Virus record (IMG/VR): IMGVR_UViG_3300005529_000026
Location: 30,357-94,356 of that record
DNA: 64,000 nt
Strand: one strand, 5' to 3'
Source: a virus
In this document: positions 1-10,629 of the stretch, in pieces
How positions within the stretch are numbered: position 1 is the stretch's first letter
Layout: every line of letters begins with the position of its first letter
Notes under the pieces: model-generated
Database searches by the model: none
What the model was told of the DNA's origin: nothing
Seen by the model: the letters and a program-made list of their open reading frames with translations, nothing else
Position numbers and translations under genes: made by a program

Positions 1-4
1 TCAG

Positions 5-3000
5 TTGCTGACGGAGTTTGCCAAGCCTACGGATGTTTTCACGCCGCAGGATACCGCTGAGGTTCCGCAGTACATTGAGCCGACTGGCGTTCTGGGCGCT
101 GCCCCGGATGATGTTCAGGCTCTAGAACTGGCTAGCTGGACTTCCACGCAACTTTCTTTCAACACCAACGTGGCTGCTCCATCTGGCGGCGGCTTCGAGG
201 TTCGTTGGACGGACGAATCGTGGGGCGCAGACGATGCTAAGAATCTGATTACGCGCACGTCTTCACAGACGTTCAACGTTCCGCGTGTCAGCCGTAATTC
301 CATTATCTTCGTCAAGGCTTATGACGTTCGCAATAATCTGCTGTGGTCAGAAGACCTGACACAGGCAGCGTGGACAAAGACCCAATGCAACGTCACGAAG
401 ACAACTGAAACAAACCCGGATGGCGATAAAGGCATAATCAGCACAGTTAACTTCAACGGCGGTAACGTTGTTGCGGTTGTGCAGCAGGCTACATCGGTTG
501 CGGCGAGCGGCAAGCAGTTTGCCTTCTCCGTAAGCATGAAAGGCGCTGCGGGCACATCTGTGACTGTCCGCGTTAGCAATGGAACGACGAACGTTGTGAA
601 CACCAGCGTCCCGATGACGGGTAACTGGATGCGCAAAACGTTTAGCGGCACATTCGGCGCGGTGTCGGGCAACATCACGGTACATCTTCAGTACCAAGGA
701 AGCCCGGCCTACAGCCTAAAAGTGACTAGGGCTTCCCTAGAGCTACGGCTAACCGAAACGGTTTACTGCAAAACCAATTCTGCGGTTTACGGCGCTAACT
801 CTCGTTTCGCAGCCGTCAGTCGCGTGCAGTTTCCGTTGCTTGCTCCCGTCGTCACTAGCGCGAGTGGCAAGATTCAGTCGCCCACGCAGGCGCTGTTTTC
901 GTTCACAATTCCCAGCACGGATTACCAAGACATTTATCGTCTCGTAATTCGTCGCCTAGACAACACCGGCACGAACGCGGTTGAAACCGTGTACGACCAG
1001 TTGTGGGATGGCTTTACGTTCAAGCAGGTGAATCTGGTTGGCGTTCCGGGCGACCCGAACGGTAACCCGTTCACACAAAATGAGTGGTTTGACATCTCTA
1101 CGGTGAACTTGCTGGGAGAGTTTGACACTCCGGTAAAGTTGCACTTGACTGTTGCAGCGCCGGTCGTAACGGCGATTGCGATTGACCAAGACAACAACCT
1201 GATTGAATGGGATTGGACGGGACAAGCTGACTCGTTTGATTTACAGATTGACTCAACCGGCACTGGCACTTTTACGACAAATGAGATTGACCTGACTGGG
1301 GCTAAAGGTCTGCTTGACCATACGCTCACGCTAGGTTCTAGACTTATTCGAGATGCGTTCGACATCCGCATTCGCGGAGTAAACGGCTTCGGAGTCGGTA
1401 ACTGGCTCTCGCTTCACAGCGATGGCGTAGTGCCACAAAATGTTCTGAGCGCTCAGGTATCACAAGAAGGTCTAAACGTAGACGGTCACTGGTACAGTGT
1501 TCTGAATTTTGTCTGGACTGTTCCAACGTCGGACACACAGTTTGCAGGTATCAACATCTACGTCCGGCAGACTGCGCCCGGCCCGAACGGTGCTGGACAG
1601 TTCACAAGTCAATGGAAGTCGTTCTTGACCAAGCGTAAGGACGTTACGCAGTGGCGTGAGCGCCTAGAAAAAACCGGAGAGACGGTTCAGTTCGCTTTCG
1701 TCAGCTATGACAATGAAGGCTTTGAAAAGCGTATTGCGGTATCGCCGCAAGTTGGTGGAATCGTTCTAGATGCTCTAGATACGCCCCCCGCTATTCCTGT
1801 GGCCCTGAACGGTCGCGGCGAGGCCAAGCGGCACTTCATTCAGTGGAACGAGAATACCGAGACTGACATCGCCGGTTATGAGTTGTGGTCAGCGCCTGAA
1901 ACTGAGGCGGCATTACCGCCCGGAGGCTCATGGACGCTCATCTACACAACGCAAGCTGCGCCTAAGACGACTTCAGGGTTGCAAACGTACATCAACTCTG
2001 CAAAGCCTGACGAAGGGAAAAAGTACGCTGTTCGTGCGTTCGATAAAGGGCAGAACTACTCCGGCTTTACGTCACCACTACTGATTCGAGCGCTGCTCGA
2101 CATCTCTGATGGCGACAACCTGCTAGCAAACGGTAATTTTCAGCAATGGGATAGAACAGATGGTTCTGTTTCCGTGGCGACGTTTTATACGTTTACCGGA
2201 ACCGGCACTGCTTCATTCCAAAGCAATGCTCACACTGGCGGCAAGTACGCACAGCAAATCGTCGCTGCGCCGGGGCAGACAGCGCGTATCACTTCATCTC
2301 TAGGAAAGATTAGCGCCGGGCAGATTTATATTGCTGGGCAGCTAATCTGGGACAGCATCGTTGACGTTACAGCCGTTTCAGAGTTTGGGTGGAACTTCTA
2401 TGATTACGCGGGAAACCTCGTAGCTACGTGTTCCACTGGCTTGAAGGGCACAGGATTCAACGGGCAAGCGCTCGGAGAGTATTACGTCTGGTTCATTGCG
2501 CCGCAAGCGAGTGATTCGGTTCTCAGCACGGCTACCGGTCAGTTCTCGATAAGCTGGTTGAGCGCCGTAACTCCTGTGTTCTGTTCGCTATATTCCGGCC
2601 TGAATAACGGCTCTGGAAGCACGTACACGCGGCAATATGGCAGGCTAGCTTTAGGGCAGGCTAAGAACGCAGCAACAAATGCTCCGTTCGGCACTCCTAT
2701 CTCATCCACGGTTATTTTCACTCCCAGCACAACCTCGGTTAGTTGGAGCAGTGGAACTGTGGTAATGGGAGGCTCTCAATCGAGCTTGCAGACATACAGC
2801 GTCAACTCTGGCTCGTTTAGCCCGCTGACACAAGCGACAACGTACATCGCGTATCTAGACTTCAAGACGTTACCAACGCCTACTGTGAAGTTCACCAGCA
2901 GCCTCAGCGGGCTGCAAGGCGATGCGAACGTTTTCCTAGGCGCGTTTACAACTGCTTTGACAACTCCTTCGGCCCCGACGTTGAACACGACGGCGCAAAC

Positions 3001-3364
3001 CAGCGCTCCGAGTGCAACGTATTCGGTGAAGGTGCAGACGTGCTATGCATTGACCCGCGATGCGGGTAGCGCATTGTCGGCTGCTGCCAGCGTTAACTGC
3101 TCTGCCGGGCAGACATTCATTGTGTCTCCTCCTTCCACAGGTGATGCTCTTTACACGCACTACGACGTGTATGTGGGTGGATTGCTGGTAACGCCTTCTC
3201 CGATTCCGAAATCAATGGCGTACACGCACAACGCTTTGCTCAGTTCGTCCAATGACGGGACAGTGGTAGCCCCGGTTGGCTCGGTTGGCGGCGGCGGCAG
3301 TACAGGGCTAGGAGACGGTACGACAAAGCAGACGGTGTTTAGAGCGCCGTCCGGTGGCATGTAA
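5..3364 (+). CDS. Tail fibre/tail tip protein with FN3-like and carbohydrate-binding-like modules (probably 5'-truncated by the window)
   Basis: 1119 aa, T/S/G-rich beta protein. FN3-like motifs (WNENTETDIAGYEL...YAVRAFDKGQNYS) and CBM-like NLL..S/NLLANGNF starts. Confidence 0.75.
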   Translation: MLTEFAKPTDVFTPQDTAEVPQYIEPTGVLGAAPDDVQALELASWTSTQLSFNTNVAAPSGGGFEVRWTDESWGADDAKNLITRTSSQTFNVPRVSRNSIIFVKAYDVRNNLLWSEDLTQAAWTKTQCNVTKTTETNPDGDKGIISTVNFNGGNVVAVVQQATSVAASGKQFAFSVSMKGAAGTSVTVRVSNGTTNVVNTSVPMTGNWMRKTFSGTFGAVSGNITVHLQYQGSPAYSLKVTRASLELRLTETVYCKTNSAVYGANSRFAAVSRVQFPLLAPVVTSASGKIQSPTQALFSFTIPSTDYQDIYRLVIRRLDNTGTNAVETVYDQLWDGFTFKQVNLVGVPGDPNGNPFTQNEWFDISTVNLLGEFDTPVKLHLTVAAPVVTAIAIDQDNNLIEWDWTGQADSFDLQIDSTGTGTFTTNEIDLTGAKGLLDHTLTLGSRLIRDAFDIRIRGVNGFGVGNWLSLHSDGVVPQNVLSAQVSQEGLNVDGHWYSVLNFVWTVPTSDTQFAGINIYVRQTAPGPNGAGQFTSQWKSFLTKRKDVTQWRERLEKTGETVQFAFVSYDNEGFEKRIAVSPQVGGIVLDALDTPPAIPVALNGRGEAKRHFIQWNENTETDIAGYELWSAPETEAALPPGGSWTLIYTTQAAPKTTSGLQTYINSAKPDEGKKYAVRAFDKGQNYSGFTSPLLIRALLDISDGDNLLANGNFQQWDRTDGSVSVATFYTFTGTGTASFQSNAHTGGKYAQQIVAAPGQTARITSSLGKISAGQIYIAGQLIWDSIVDVTAVSEFGWNFYDYAGNLVATCSTGLKGTGFNGQALGEYYVWFIAPQASDSVLSTATGQFSISWLSAVTPVFCSLYSGLNNGSGSTYTRQYGRLALGQAKNAATNAPFGTPISSTVIFTPSTTSVSWSSGTVVMGGSQSSLQTYSVNSGSFSPLTQATTYIAYLDFKTLPTPTVKFTSSLSGLQGDANVFLGAFTTALTTPSAPTLNTTAQTSAPSATYSVKVQTCYALTRDAGSALSAAASVNCSAGQTFIVSPPSTGDALYTHYDVYVGGLLVTPSPIPKSMAYTHNALLSSSNDGTVVAPVGSVGGGGSTGLGDGTTKQTVFRAPSGGM

Positions 3365-3423
3365 GAGATTCTTAGAAAGGGAGAGAGGGCGCTTAACAAT
3401 AGCGCCCTTTTTCTTTTTGGCCT

Positions 3424-3714
3424 ATGGCATACGAACTCGAACTGATTCAGCACACAATAGACGAAAAGACACATCATCATCACTTAATTGTGCAGCTTGT
3501 CGAGCTTGATGTGAACGGGAACGAAATAGGCCGTGGTGAGGTTTACCAGCGCAGTTTCAATCTCCCTAACGCCGAAGACGGCTTTGATTTTGACGGCGAA
3601 TTCACGGCTCTCAAGGCGCTCCTAGCTGAGCGCTACGGACGTGTCAAAAAGCATACCGACACCCTGCACAAGGCTTTCAAGAAACATTTCCGAAATAAGA
3701 AGGACAAGAATTAA
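3424..3714 (+). CDS. Hypothetical protein
   Basis: ATG start; tightly packed in the + strand operon. Confidence 0.6.
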   Translation: MAYELELIQHTIDEKTHHHHLIVQLVELDVNGNEIGRGEVYQRSFNLPNAEDGFDFDGEFTALKALLAERYGRVKKHTDTLHKAFKKHFRNKKDKN

Positions 3715-3715
3715 C

Positions 3716-4177
3716 ATGGCAAGGCTACCTTTCGTTGTAACTACCACTTCAGAAATCGCTACCGGCTCCGGCGCGGATAAGACTGTTCTACAGATTAACG
3801 CCCCGACAAATCAGCGTGTGGCGGTGAAGTCGGTTGAGATTACGTTCAAGGGCACCGACCCTAGCGCTACTCCCATTCTCGTCAAGCTCTGCCAACAGAC
3901 CGCCGCGACCGGCTCAGGTTCGTCTGCGTCGAATACCCCGGCCAAAGAAGACCCCGGCATTAGCACGAGCATCCAGACGACCGGAAAGCAGGGCTACACT
4001 TCAGAACCTACCGGCACGGTCATCGTGCGCCAATGGGAAGTTCACCCGCAGGCGGGTCTACTGTACTCGTTTCCTTTGGGAGATGAAGTTGTGGTTCCCG
4101 GCGGCGGTGCTCTGGGTATTGTTGTAAACGCTGCTGCATCAGTCAGTTGCGCTCCCTTATTCCGCTGCGAGGAGTAA
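3716..4177 (+). CDS. Virion structural protein (beta-rich)
   Basis: ATG 3716 directly after the upstream stop; T/S/G/A/V-rich; tail-module context. Confidence 0.6.
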   Translation: MARLPFVVTTTSEIATGSGADKTVLQINAPTNQRVAVKSVEITFKGTDPSATPILVKLCQQTAATGSGSSASNTPAKEDPGISTSIQTTGKQGYTSEPTGTVIVRQWEVHPQAGLLYSFPLGDEVVVPGGGALGIVVNAAASVSCAPLFRCEE

Positions 4178-4184
4178 TTTCTAG

Positions 4185-5099
4185 ATGGCTAGCAGTACAA
4201 AGACGGCCTCAACAGTATCGCAAACAAATCCGTCACCGTCATTTTCATTTGTGTCGTGGACTAACCTCACGAATGGGCGCGTCATCGGGGACAGTCAATA
4301 CGCCACAGCCGCTTTGAATTCTGCTGGTGGATTAGGGCCGAATCAATCCTATTATTACAACTGGGAGTCATTCGGTTTTTCTATTCCTTCCAACGCCACT
4401 ATCCAAGGTATAGAAGCCACAATAGTAGCCAAGAGAACCGCTGGATGTACTGGTTTTTACGGCAACGTGTGGCTAGAGACCTCTCCGTTGACGGGTACAC
4501 CTAAAGGCATTTTGCTTAGTGGCGGGAACATCACGACAACTGATACGACTTCGGTATTTGGTGGTTCGGCATATCTGTGGAGCACAACATGGACGCCGGG
4601 TGAAATCGGGGTGATTGCACTTCGATGCTCGGTCAATTGCGACACCGGCTCCGGCACGTTCTCCCTAGATGGTGCTAGCCTCACAGTTTATTACACACTG
4701 CCTCGCCCCGGACAACCGCCAAAGATTTTCAAGCAGACGCGGTACGCGGGAGACATGCGCAGTGGCGCTAGGGTAATTCGCGCCCAGTATTTAACTACAA
4801 CCGGCATTGACCAGAACAGAACTCGCACGGCGACTCGCGGGCCGCAATTCCCGCGTCTTGTGAAAGCGATTGGTGGAACGGTACAGAACTTCTTCAAGCT
4901 GAATGCGGTATTTACAGCGCCTACGAAGCAAATCTATTTGAAGTCCGTGGGCATTCTTACCGGCGGTACAACGCAGGTTTATTTCAAGAAGTTTGTAGCG
5001 GGCATGACGCAAATCTTTTACCGTACGTTAGGCGCTTCGACGGCTTACACTAGCCAGAGTTTCAGGCAAGTAAGGAAGCGCGTGTACGGCGGGCGCTAA
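4185..5099 (+). CDS. Putative tail/virion protein
   Basis: S/T/G-rich N-terminus with FGFSIPSNATIQGIE and FGGSAYLWSTTWT motifs typical of phage virion lectin-like domains. Confidence 0.6.
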   Translation: MASSTKTASTVSQTNPSPSFSFVSWTNLTNGRVIGDSQYATAALNSAGGLGPNQSYYYNWESFGFSIPSNATIQGIEATIVAKRTAGCTGFYGNVWLETSPLTGTPKGILLSGGNITTTDTTSVFGGSAYLWSTTWTPGEIGVIALRCSVNCDTGSGTFSLDGASLTVYYTLPRPGQPPKIFKQTRYAGDMRSGARVIRAQYLTTTGIDQNRTRTATRGPQFPRLVKAIGGTVQNFFKLNAVFTAPTKQIYLKSVGILTGGTTQVYFKKFVAGMTQIFYRTLGASTAYTSQSFRQVRKRVYGGR

Positions 5100-5112
5100 C
5101 AAGGATTAACAC

Positions 5113-5574
5113 ATGGCACAATTTGGCTTTTATCAGGACACATCGAGTGCGCCTGATTTCACAAAACCGATTAACGTTGGCACGCCGCTCACGCAGTCTA
5201 TTGACATTGACGCTGGCGGCGTGGTCACCCAGCGCATCTGGTTCGGCAGCGACCAGTCGAGCCAGCAGGTGCAAGACAATGCTAGCCCCGGTGTGGCACA
5301 AATCACGGTTTCTATCGTGGACGCCACAGCCGGAAACACCAACCCTACAACGCGCTTCAAGCTGTTTAAGGGCAACAGCCCGCCCGCTGATTGGAATACG
5401 GTCACGGCAGGCGCGTCAATCAATCTCGGCACATCGGTAGTAGGTGGTGCCGGGAACGCTGTATCCATTTGGGTGCAGTACACTGGGCCTGCCAATGAAA
5501 ATAGCGGCAGTCCCATTACCTACACCGACTTGTCGTTCCAAACCAATACTCTGCGGCAGGTAGCTTTCCCGTAA
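5113..5574 (+). CDS. Putative virion structural protein
   Basis: AAGGA RBS; beta-rich composition. Confidence 0.55.
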   Translation: MAQFGFYQDTSSAPDFTKPINVGTPLTQSIDIDAGGVVTQRIWFGSDQSSQQVQDNASPGVAQITVSIVDATAGNTNPTTRFKLFKGNSPPADWNTVTAGASINLGTSVVGGAGNAVSIWVQYTGPANENSGSPITYTDLSFQTNTLRQVAFP

Positions 5575-5593
5575 TATTTTGAAGTGAGGCAGC

Positions 5594-5923
5594 TTGCAAG
5601 TGGCTGACGCAACACCTTTTCTAGATAAAGTGACGAAGATAGGGTCGTTCGGTTCGTTCGTTCTGGCAGCCGCCCTCATGGTCAGTAGCTTCGTGGGCAA
5701 GAATGCCGTGAACGCGCAGACTGTGCAGACGAACACCCAAACGATTCAGGAATTAAGGCACCAACTTGACGTGCTGCAACAGCAAGTTTCTCAGCAGCAA
5801 GTCATTGCAAACGAGGTTAGAAACGTGAAAGAGCAGGTCGTGCAGACCAACAGCGGCTTGAACCGATTGTCTGACGAACTGCATGCGTGGCAGCGCGAGG
5901 AGCGCCGCCTGCATTCGCACTAA
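5594..5923 (+). CDS. Membrane protein with coiled coil (holin/lysis-associated candidate)
   Basis: One hydrophobic helix followed by a Q-rich coiled coil, at the end of the tail module. Confidence 0.5.
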   Translation: MQVADATPFLDKVTKIGSFGSFVLAAALMVSSFVGKNAVNAQTVQTNTQTIQELRHQLDVLQQQVSQQQVIANEVRNVKEQVVQTNSGLNRLSDELHAWQREERRLHSH

Positions 5924-5958
5924 TATCCTAGACATTCCTAGGATGCCAAGAATTGTGC

Positions 5959-5987
5959 TTGACATACAAGTAAGTTCGCGGTATACT
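5959..5987 (+). promoter_or_regulatory. Sigma70-type promoter
   Basis: TTGACA-17-TATACT upstream of the phosphoesterase gene. Confidence 0.75.
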
Positions 5988-6072
5988 AATCTCATAATCG
6001 AATAACGATTTGCCCTTCAGGGGCGTAGCCGACGTGTATATCGCTGCGCCCCTATTGTTTTCGGGAGACCCT

Positions 6073-7224
6073 TTGACCAAGCGCCTTTCGCAAGAAGAAA
6101 AGACCAACCGGCTTATTGAACGCCTGAAGCTGGATAATGAACAGCTTCGTGCTCTCAATAAGAAGCTCAGTCGCAACCGTGGGATGGCATTTGAACAGGT
6201 CGTTGACCAGTTTAAGGAAGTCCTTTCGGGAGACGGGTTTAAGAACTTCACGGTTAGGCCAGTTTACCTCCCCAAGCACAAGCCTCTTTCCAAGTCGGTG
6301 TTTGACGCCGACCACTCGGAAATTGCAACGCTCCTTTTGAGCGACCTGCATTTCGGTGAGGACATCCGGCCTGAAGAATCAAACGGCATCAACAAATACA
6401 ACTCTATCATCGGGGCAAACCGCCTCTGGCACGTTATAAGCAAATTCAAGCGTATCGTTCGTGGGCACCAGTCAATGTACCGCGTCGAGAAGATTTGGGT
6501 TCCTATCCTAGGTGACCTAATTAGCGGTTCACATATTCCTGAACTAGCGCTTACGAATGACTTGCTTGACGCTCCCAGCGCAGTGCTGGCTGCTCGTCTC
6601 CTCATCATCGCCATCATTGAGCTAAAGACATTAGGACTGCCCATCGAGATTGACTGCATTGTGGGCAACCACGGTCGCATGCTTCTGAAGATGCCTGCCA
6701 AGCGGCAGGCAGAGCAGAGCTTCGATTGGATGGTGTACTGCATGCTTGAGCAAGAGTTTGCGAACGATTCACAAGTGAAAGTCCGAATCCACACCGGCCA
6801 GTTTGGAGTCGTGGAGCAATTCGGTCATCGCATTGTCATCGAGCACGGCATCGCAGTAGCAAGCGGAAAAGAGCGCGAGCTTGAAAGCGCCATTCGAGAC
6901 ATCTTCGATAGCCCGATATATCGCAAGGCAACGAAGATGGAAGGAACATCCGTTGATTACGTCATCATTGGCAACATGCACCAAGCCAAGGATGGCGAGC
7001 GGTATATGGTCAATGGTTGTCTGCCCGGCTCGAACGAGTACGGCCTGTCCCTTCGACTAGACCCTATCGGCGCAATCCAGCAGATGTTCGGCATTAGCCG
7101 TAAGCGAATTCCTAGCTGGCATTACCCGCTCGATGTTTCGGATGTTCTTGACGGGGACGATGAAAACTCGATGGTGGAATTTGCAAAGCAGTTTATGGCG
7201 GTTCACGGTAGAGGCCGCCTCTAA
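6073..7224 (+). CDS. Calcineurin-like metallophosphoesterase
   Basis: SDLHFG, LGDLISG, VGNHGR, EHG and G.MH motifs. Likely TTG start after GGGAG. Confidence 0.8.
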   Translation: MTKRLSQEEKTNRLIERLKLDNEQLRALNKKLSRNRGMAFEQVVDQFKEVLSGDGFKNFTVRPVYLPKHKPLSKSVFDADHSEIATLLLSDLHFGEDIRPEESNGINKYNSIIGANRLWHVISKFKRIVRGHQSMYRVEKIWVPILGDLISGSHIPELALTNDLLDAPSAVLAARLLIIAIIELKTLGLPIEIDCIVGNHGRMLLKMPAKRQAEQSFDWMVYCMLEQEFANDSQVKVRIHTGQFGVVEQFGHRIVIEHGIAVASGKERELESAIRDIFDSPIYRKATKMEGTSVDYVIIGNMHQAKDGERYMVNGCLPGSNEYGLSLRLDPIGAIQQMFGISRKRIPSWHYPLDVSDVLDGDDENSMVEFAKQFMAVHGRGRL

Positions 7225-7248
7225 GTCGTAGACAAGCAATGGAGTGGC

Positions 7249-7923
7249 ATGAGTAATTTAGACCAGACAATCATCGTTGGCTTTGGCTACAAGGCACGGC
7301 GTGGCAAGGACACAGCTACGCAGGCGATTGTGGAGCGATTCAAAGGTGAATACGACGTTCGCCGGTACGCCTTCGCAGATGAGCTAAAGCGAGAAGTCAA
7401 CCAAGCGGCGGAAGCAGCCGGGGGTATGTGGCAACTGTACTGGAAGATGCGCGAAAGCGGTCAGCTTCCTAGCAGCGTTGCGTTTGATACCAATCCCGAC
7501 ATGACCGACCCGCTCTGCCCGTTGGGAAAGCAGAGACAGCTTTTGCAGTGGTGGGGAACGGAGTATCGCCGCGCCCAGTACAAGGACTACTGGGTATACC
7601 GCCTAGAACAGCGCCTAGAACTGGAACAGCCCAAGTTTGCCCTAATTTCGGACTTGCGCTTTCCTAACGAGTGGGCGTGGATAAAGAAAAACCTAGGTAA
7701 AACCGTTCGCCTCGACCGCGTTGGTTTCGATGACGCCGCGCACGGAACGAATGCAGGCCACATCTCTGAACACGCACTGGATGGCTTTGAGTTTGACTAC
7801 GCCCTCGCTGTGCCGGATGGAGATGTTGAAGAACTGAAGCGCCGTGCAATTACCACGTTTGAGGAAATTGTGGCGTGTTACCAGATGCCAACTTTCGAGT
7901 TGGAATTTGAAGTACAGGGCTAA
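7249..7923 (+). CDS. Deoxynucleoside monophosphate kinase
   Basis: GFGYKARRGKDT P-loop, AFADELK, RQLLQWWGTE, SDLRFPNE, HISE. Confidence 0.9.
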   Translation: MSNLDQTIIVGFGYKARRGKDTATQAIVERFKGEYDVRRYAFADELKREVNQAAEAAGGMWQLYWKMRESGQLPSSVAFDTNPDMTDPLCPLGKQRQLLQWWGTEYRRAQYKDYWVYRLEQRLELEQPKFALISDLRFPNEWAWIKKNLGKTVRLDRVGFDDAAHGTNAGHISEHALDGFEFDYALAVPDGDVEELKRRAITTFEEIVACYQMPTFELEFEVQG

Positions 7924-7929
7924 AGCAAC

Positions 7930-8112
7930 ATGGCAAAGCAGAAACCTCTTGCGGTTTATCACAGCGGCTCTTTTAAGCAGGACATGCGGGCATACGGATG
8001 CGACCGCATGAGCCGCGACCCAATTTATCGGGATGCAGTTCACCAAGCAATCAACGAGCGCCGGGCGGCTGAGCGAGCGGCAAGGGAGGCTGCGAAAGTT
8101 GCAGACCAGTAA
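7930..8112 (+). CDS. Hypothetical protein
   Basis: Fills the gap between adjacent genes. Confidence 0.5.
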   Translation: MAKQKPLAVYHSGSFKQDMRAYGCDRMSRDPIYRDAVHQAINERRAAERAAREAAKVADQ

Positions 8113-8739
8113 ATGCTACGCAGTCTGGGCCTCTTAGTAAGTCTTGCATTTTTAGCATCGGTGTTGCTGGTAGCGGCCACTAAGCCGTTACCAGCATTCA
8201 TCAAGGCAACACACAAATTAACTTTTCAAGATGGAGGAGTCTGCTCTGGCACGGCTGTAGGGCCACACGCAATTCTTACAGCCACTCACTGCGAGGTTAG
8301 TACAGGACAATCGCTGCTAATCGGCTCGACACGAGTGCAGATTGTTGGCGTCATGCGCGACGGTAGCGACCATACGCTCCTTCTTATCAAAGGAGCTAGC
8401 CTAACGGACGTAGTGACCGTTGAGCAAAGAACTCTGGCTGTTGGAGAGTCTATTCGCATGGTGGGAAACCCCGGAGGATTGGAACAGATGTTCCGCAGAG
8501 GGTACATCATGGGCGGGACAACCGACAGCGAGGGCGAGCGCTTGATAGTGCTAGACATTAACGGTTTCCCCGGCGACTCAGGCGCGGGCCTTATTGACGC
8601 GGCTGGGCATGTGGTGGGAGTCATAAGTCTAATTCACACTGAATGGCGAGATGACCCCTGCTCCTGCATGATGAAGACAATGGCAGCGTTCCCGCTAGCA
8701 TTCAGCCAGCAGCAGATTCAGAAGGCGAGAGTATTTTGA
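8113..8739 (+). CDS. Secreted trypsin-like serine protease
   Basis: Signal peptide; CSG...ILTATHC; D; GDSGAG catalytic motif. Confidence 0.85.
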   Translation: MLRSLGLLVSLAFLASVLLVAATKPLPAFIKATHKLTFQDGGVCSGTAVGPHAILTATHCEVSTGQSLLIGSTRVQIVGVMRDGSDHTLLLIKGASLTDVVTVEQRTLAVGESIRMVGNPGGLEQMFRRGYIMGGTTDSEGERLIVLDINGFPGDSGAGLIDAAGHVVGVISLIHTEWRDDPCSCMMKTMAAFPLAFSQQQIQKARVF

Positions 8740-9134
8740 GCAGCGTACCAAAAGTGGTATGTGTAGATTTTGACGGCACTCTTTGCGAGTTTGCTTACCC
8801 CGGTATCGGAGACCCGAAGCCCGGAGCTAAAGAAGCTCTACAGGCGTTCAGGGATATGGGATATCACGTCATCATCTACTCGTGCCGCACATGCAAGTGG
8901 TATCCAGAATTGTTTGCCGCCCCCGGCGAAGTGCTGGATATGAACCGGAAATGCATAACGGACATGATTGCGTGGCTGAAGAAGCACGATATTCCTTATG
9001 ACGAGATTGATGATGGCAGCAAAGGAAAGCCTATGGGAGACTATTACATAGACGACAAAGGCGTTCGCTTTGACAACAATTGGCCGGACATCCAGCGGTT
9101 TGTAGAAGAACGGAATAGACTTTATGGACGCTAG
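8736..9134 (+). CDS. HAD-family phosphatase
   Basis: VDFDGT motif I and KP.GDYYIDDK. Confidence 0.85.
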   Translation: MSSVPKVVCVDFDGTLCEFAYPGIGDPKPGAKEALQAFRDMGYHVIIYSCRTCKWYPELFAAPGEVLDMNRKCITDMIAWLKKHDIPYDEIDDGSKGKPMGDYYIDDKGVRFDNNWPDIQRFVEERNRLYGR

Positions 9135-9840
9135 CGACATCAAGAAAGACATCTCTGACGCGCTATCTGAAGGGCTTAGCAAGGCCCGCACGCAGACAGT
9201 GACGGTCAATTACCTGACCATTTTCGTGCTGTTCATTGCTATGGCGGCATCAATGGCCCTTACGCTGCACACTATGCACCGTATGGATGCCGCTGTAGCA
9301 AGGCAGCAGGCGCAGTTCGAGAAGTACAGCAGCGACCTGAAACAGATGCAAGAGCAGTGGCTTGCCCATGAGAAAGAGCGTGACGCCCTCTCTGCACAGC
9401 AAGCAGCCAAGGTTGAAATCATACACGTACGTGACAAGCAAACAGACAGCAAGATTGCTCAGGTCACCAGCCCTGACCGGCCCAGCCAGCAGGTCGTAGC
9501 TGATTTGAAAGAAGCGTACGGTTTTGACCCGCAAACGGTGGATGCTGCGGGGGCCACTTTTGCGTTCCCTCAGTTGCAAACATTCACTGCAACGAAGATT
9601 GACCGCGACAGGTTGTGGGCTGATTTAAGAAACACACAAGATGTACTAACACTTGAGACTCAGAAGGAGACTTCTTGCGAACAAGACCTAGCCGATTCTA
9701 AGAAGAAGCTAGAAGAAGGAAAAAAGGTCATGTCTGACCAGCAGAAGCTCTTGAAGAAATCTCGTTGGAAGAAGTTTGGGGAAGGCGCTTTAAAGGTGGG
9801 AATCTTTGTCGGCGGGGTTTTAGTCGGTAGAGGACTATGA
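9124..9840 (+). CDS. Membrane-anchored coiled-coil protein (spanin-like candidate)
   Basis: N-terminal TM helix, long coiled coil, C-terminal hydrophobic Gly-rich helix. Confidence 0.5.
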   Translation: MDASDIKKDISDALSEGLSKARTQTVTVNYLTIFVLFIAMAASMALTLHTMHRMDAAVARQQAQFEKYSSDLKQMQEQWLAHEKERDALSAQQAAKVEIIHVRDKQTDSKIAQVTSPDRPSQQVVADLKEAYGFDPQTVDAAGATFAFPQLQTFTATKIDRDRLWADLRNTQDVLTLETQKETSCEQDLADSKKKLEEGKKVMSDQQKLLKKSRWKKFGEGALKVGIFVGGVLVGRGL

Positions 9841-9999
9841 TGGGGCGTCTGTACTCCCGGCTGCGAAATGCTCGTAGTTCTGCACGTTTAGCGAGAGAGT
9901 TGGGTAGAGGACGGCTATTCTCGCTCTACGTTTTCGGCAGGTTTGCTTTTAGTGGGCGCTCCGGGCGTTTCAGGATTTTCAACTACCTTGGGAGGACGA

Positions 10000-10326
10000 G
10001 TGAAGCAACATGTAAAACGGTTCCTTCGCTACCTGCTAGAAACGCCTGACGTAAATTCCCGGTTCGTGTTCCTGATGCACAGCGCGGCGTTGTGCCTTTG
10101 CACAATCGCGCTGTGCATTGCTTTTATTGCGGCTAAGAACAAAGAACCGTATCCTACAATGGTGCTCGCGCTTAGCGGCGGCGGCACAGCGGCGGCTGCT
10201 CTGGGGCGCGGTATTACCAAAGCAGGCAACTGGATGAGCACGAATTCACAACCAGAGCCGCCCGTTGTAGATGCTCCCCCTGTTGATGGCGGTGTCACTA
10301 GCGAAGCGAAAGACAAGAAGATATAA
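10000..10326 (+). CDS. Two-TM membrane protein (holin candidate)
   Basis: GGAGG RBS plus GTG start; two hydrophobic segments; charged tail. Confidence 0.5.
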   Translation: MKQHVKRFLRYLLETPDVNSRFVFLMHSAALCLCTIALCIAFIAAKNKEPYPTMVLALSGGGTAAAALGRGITKAGNWMSTNSQPEPPVVDAPPVDGGVTSEAKDKKI

Positions 10327-10344
10327 TCACGCGCTTGAAAAAAC

Positions 10345-10383
10345 GAGGCCGGGCATTGAGAACAGCACCGGCCTCAGCTTTTG
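10345..10383. terminator. Probable bidirectional intrinsic terminator
   Basis: GAGGCCGG...CCGGCCTC stem flanked by A and T runs, between convergent genes. Confidence 0.6.
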
Positions 10384-10401
10384 CTCGGAGCAGAGCAAAA
10401 A

Positions 10402-10629
10402 TCAATTAGAGACGTAAATGTTCAGTAAGCGACCGGCAAGGCGCACGGCCTGCGGCTGAACATCAATTGCTTTGCTGACTTTACGTGCGTCCGGCCCGTA
10501 TTCCTGAATGGCAGCCCGGAGGTAAGCGAGTCGGCATTTTTCAAGAAAGTTGCCCGCGCTTATGCTCATACGGGCGTGCGAACGGGCGCTAGCTTCGAGC
10601 CAATCTGTCGGTGCCGTCGTTGGAGCCAT
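10402..10629 (-). CDS. Fis-like HTH protein
   Basis: AYLRAAIQEYGPDARKVSKAIDV resembles the Fis HTH; start uncertain. Confidence 0.45.
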   Translation of the reverse strand: MAPTTAPTDWLEASARSHARMSISAGNFLEKCRLAYLRAAIQEYGPDARKVSKAIDVQPQAVRLAGRLLNIYVSN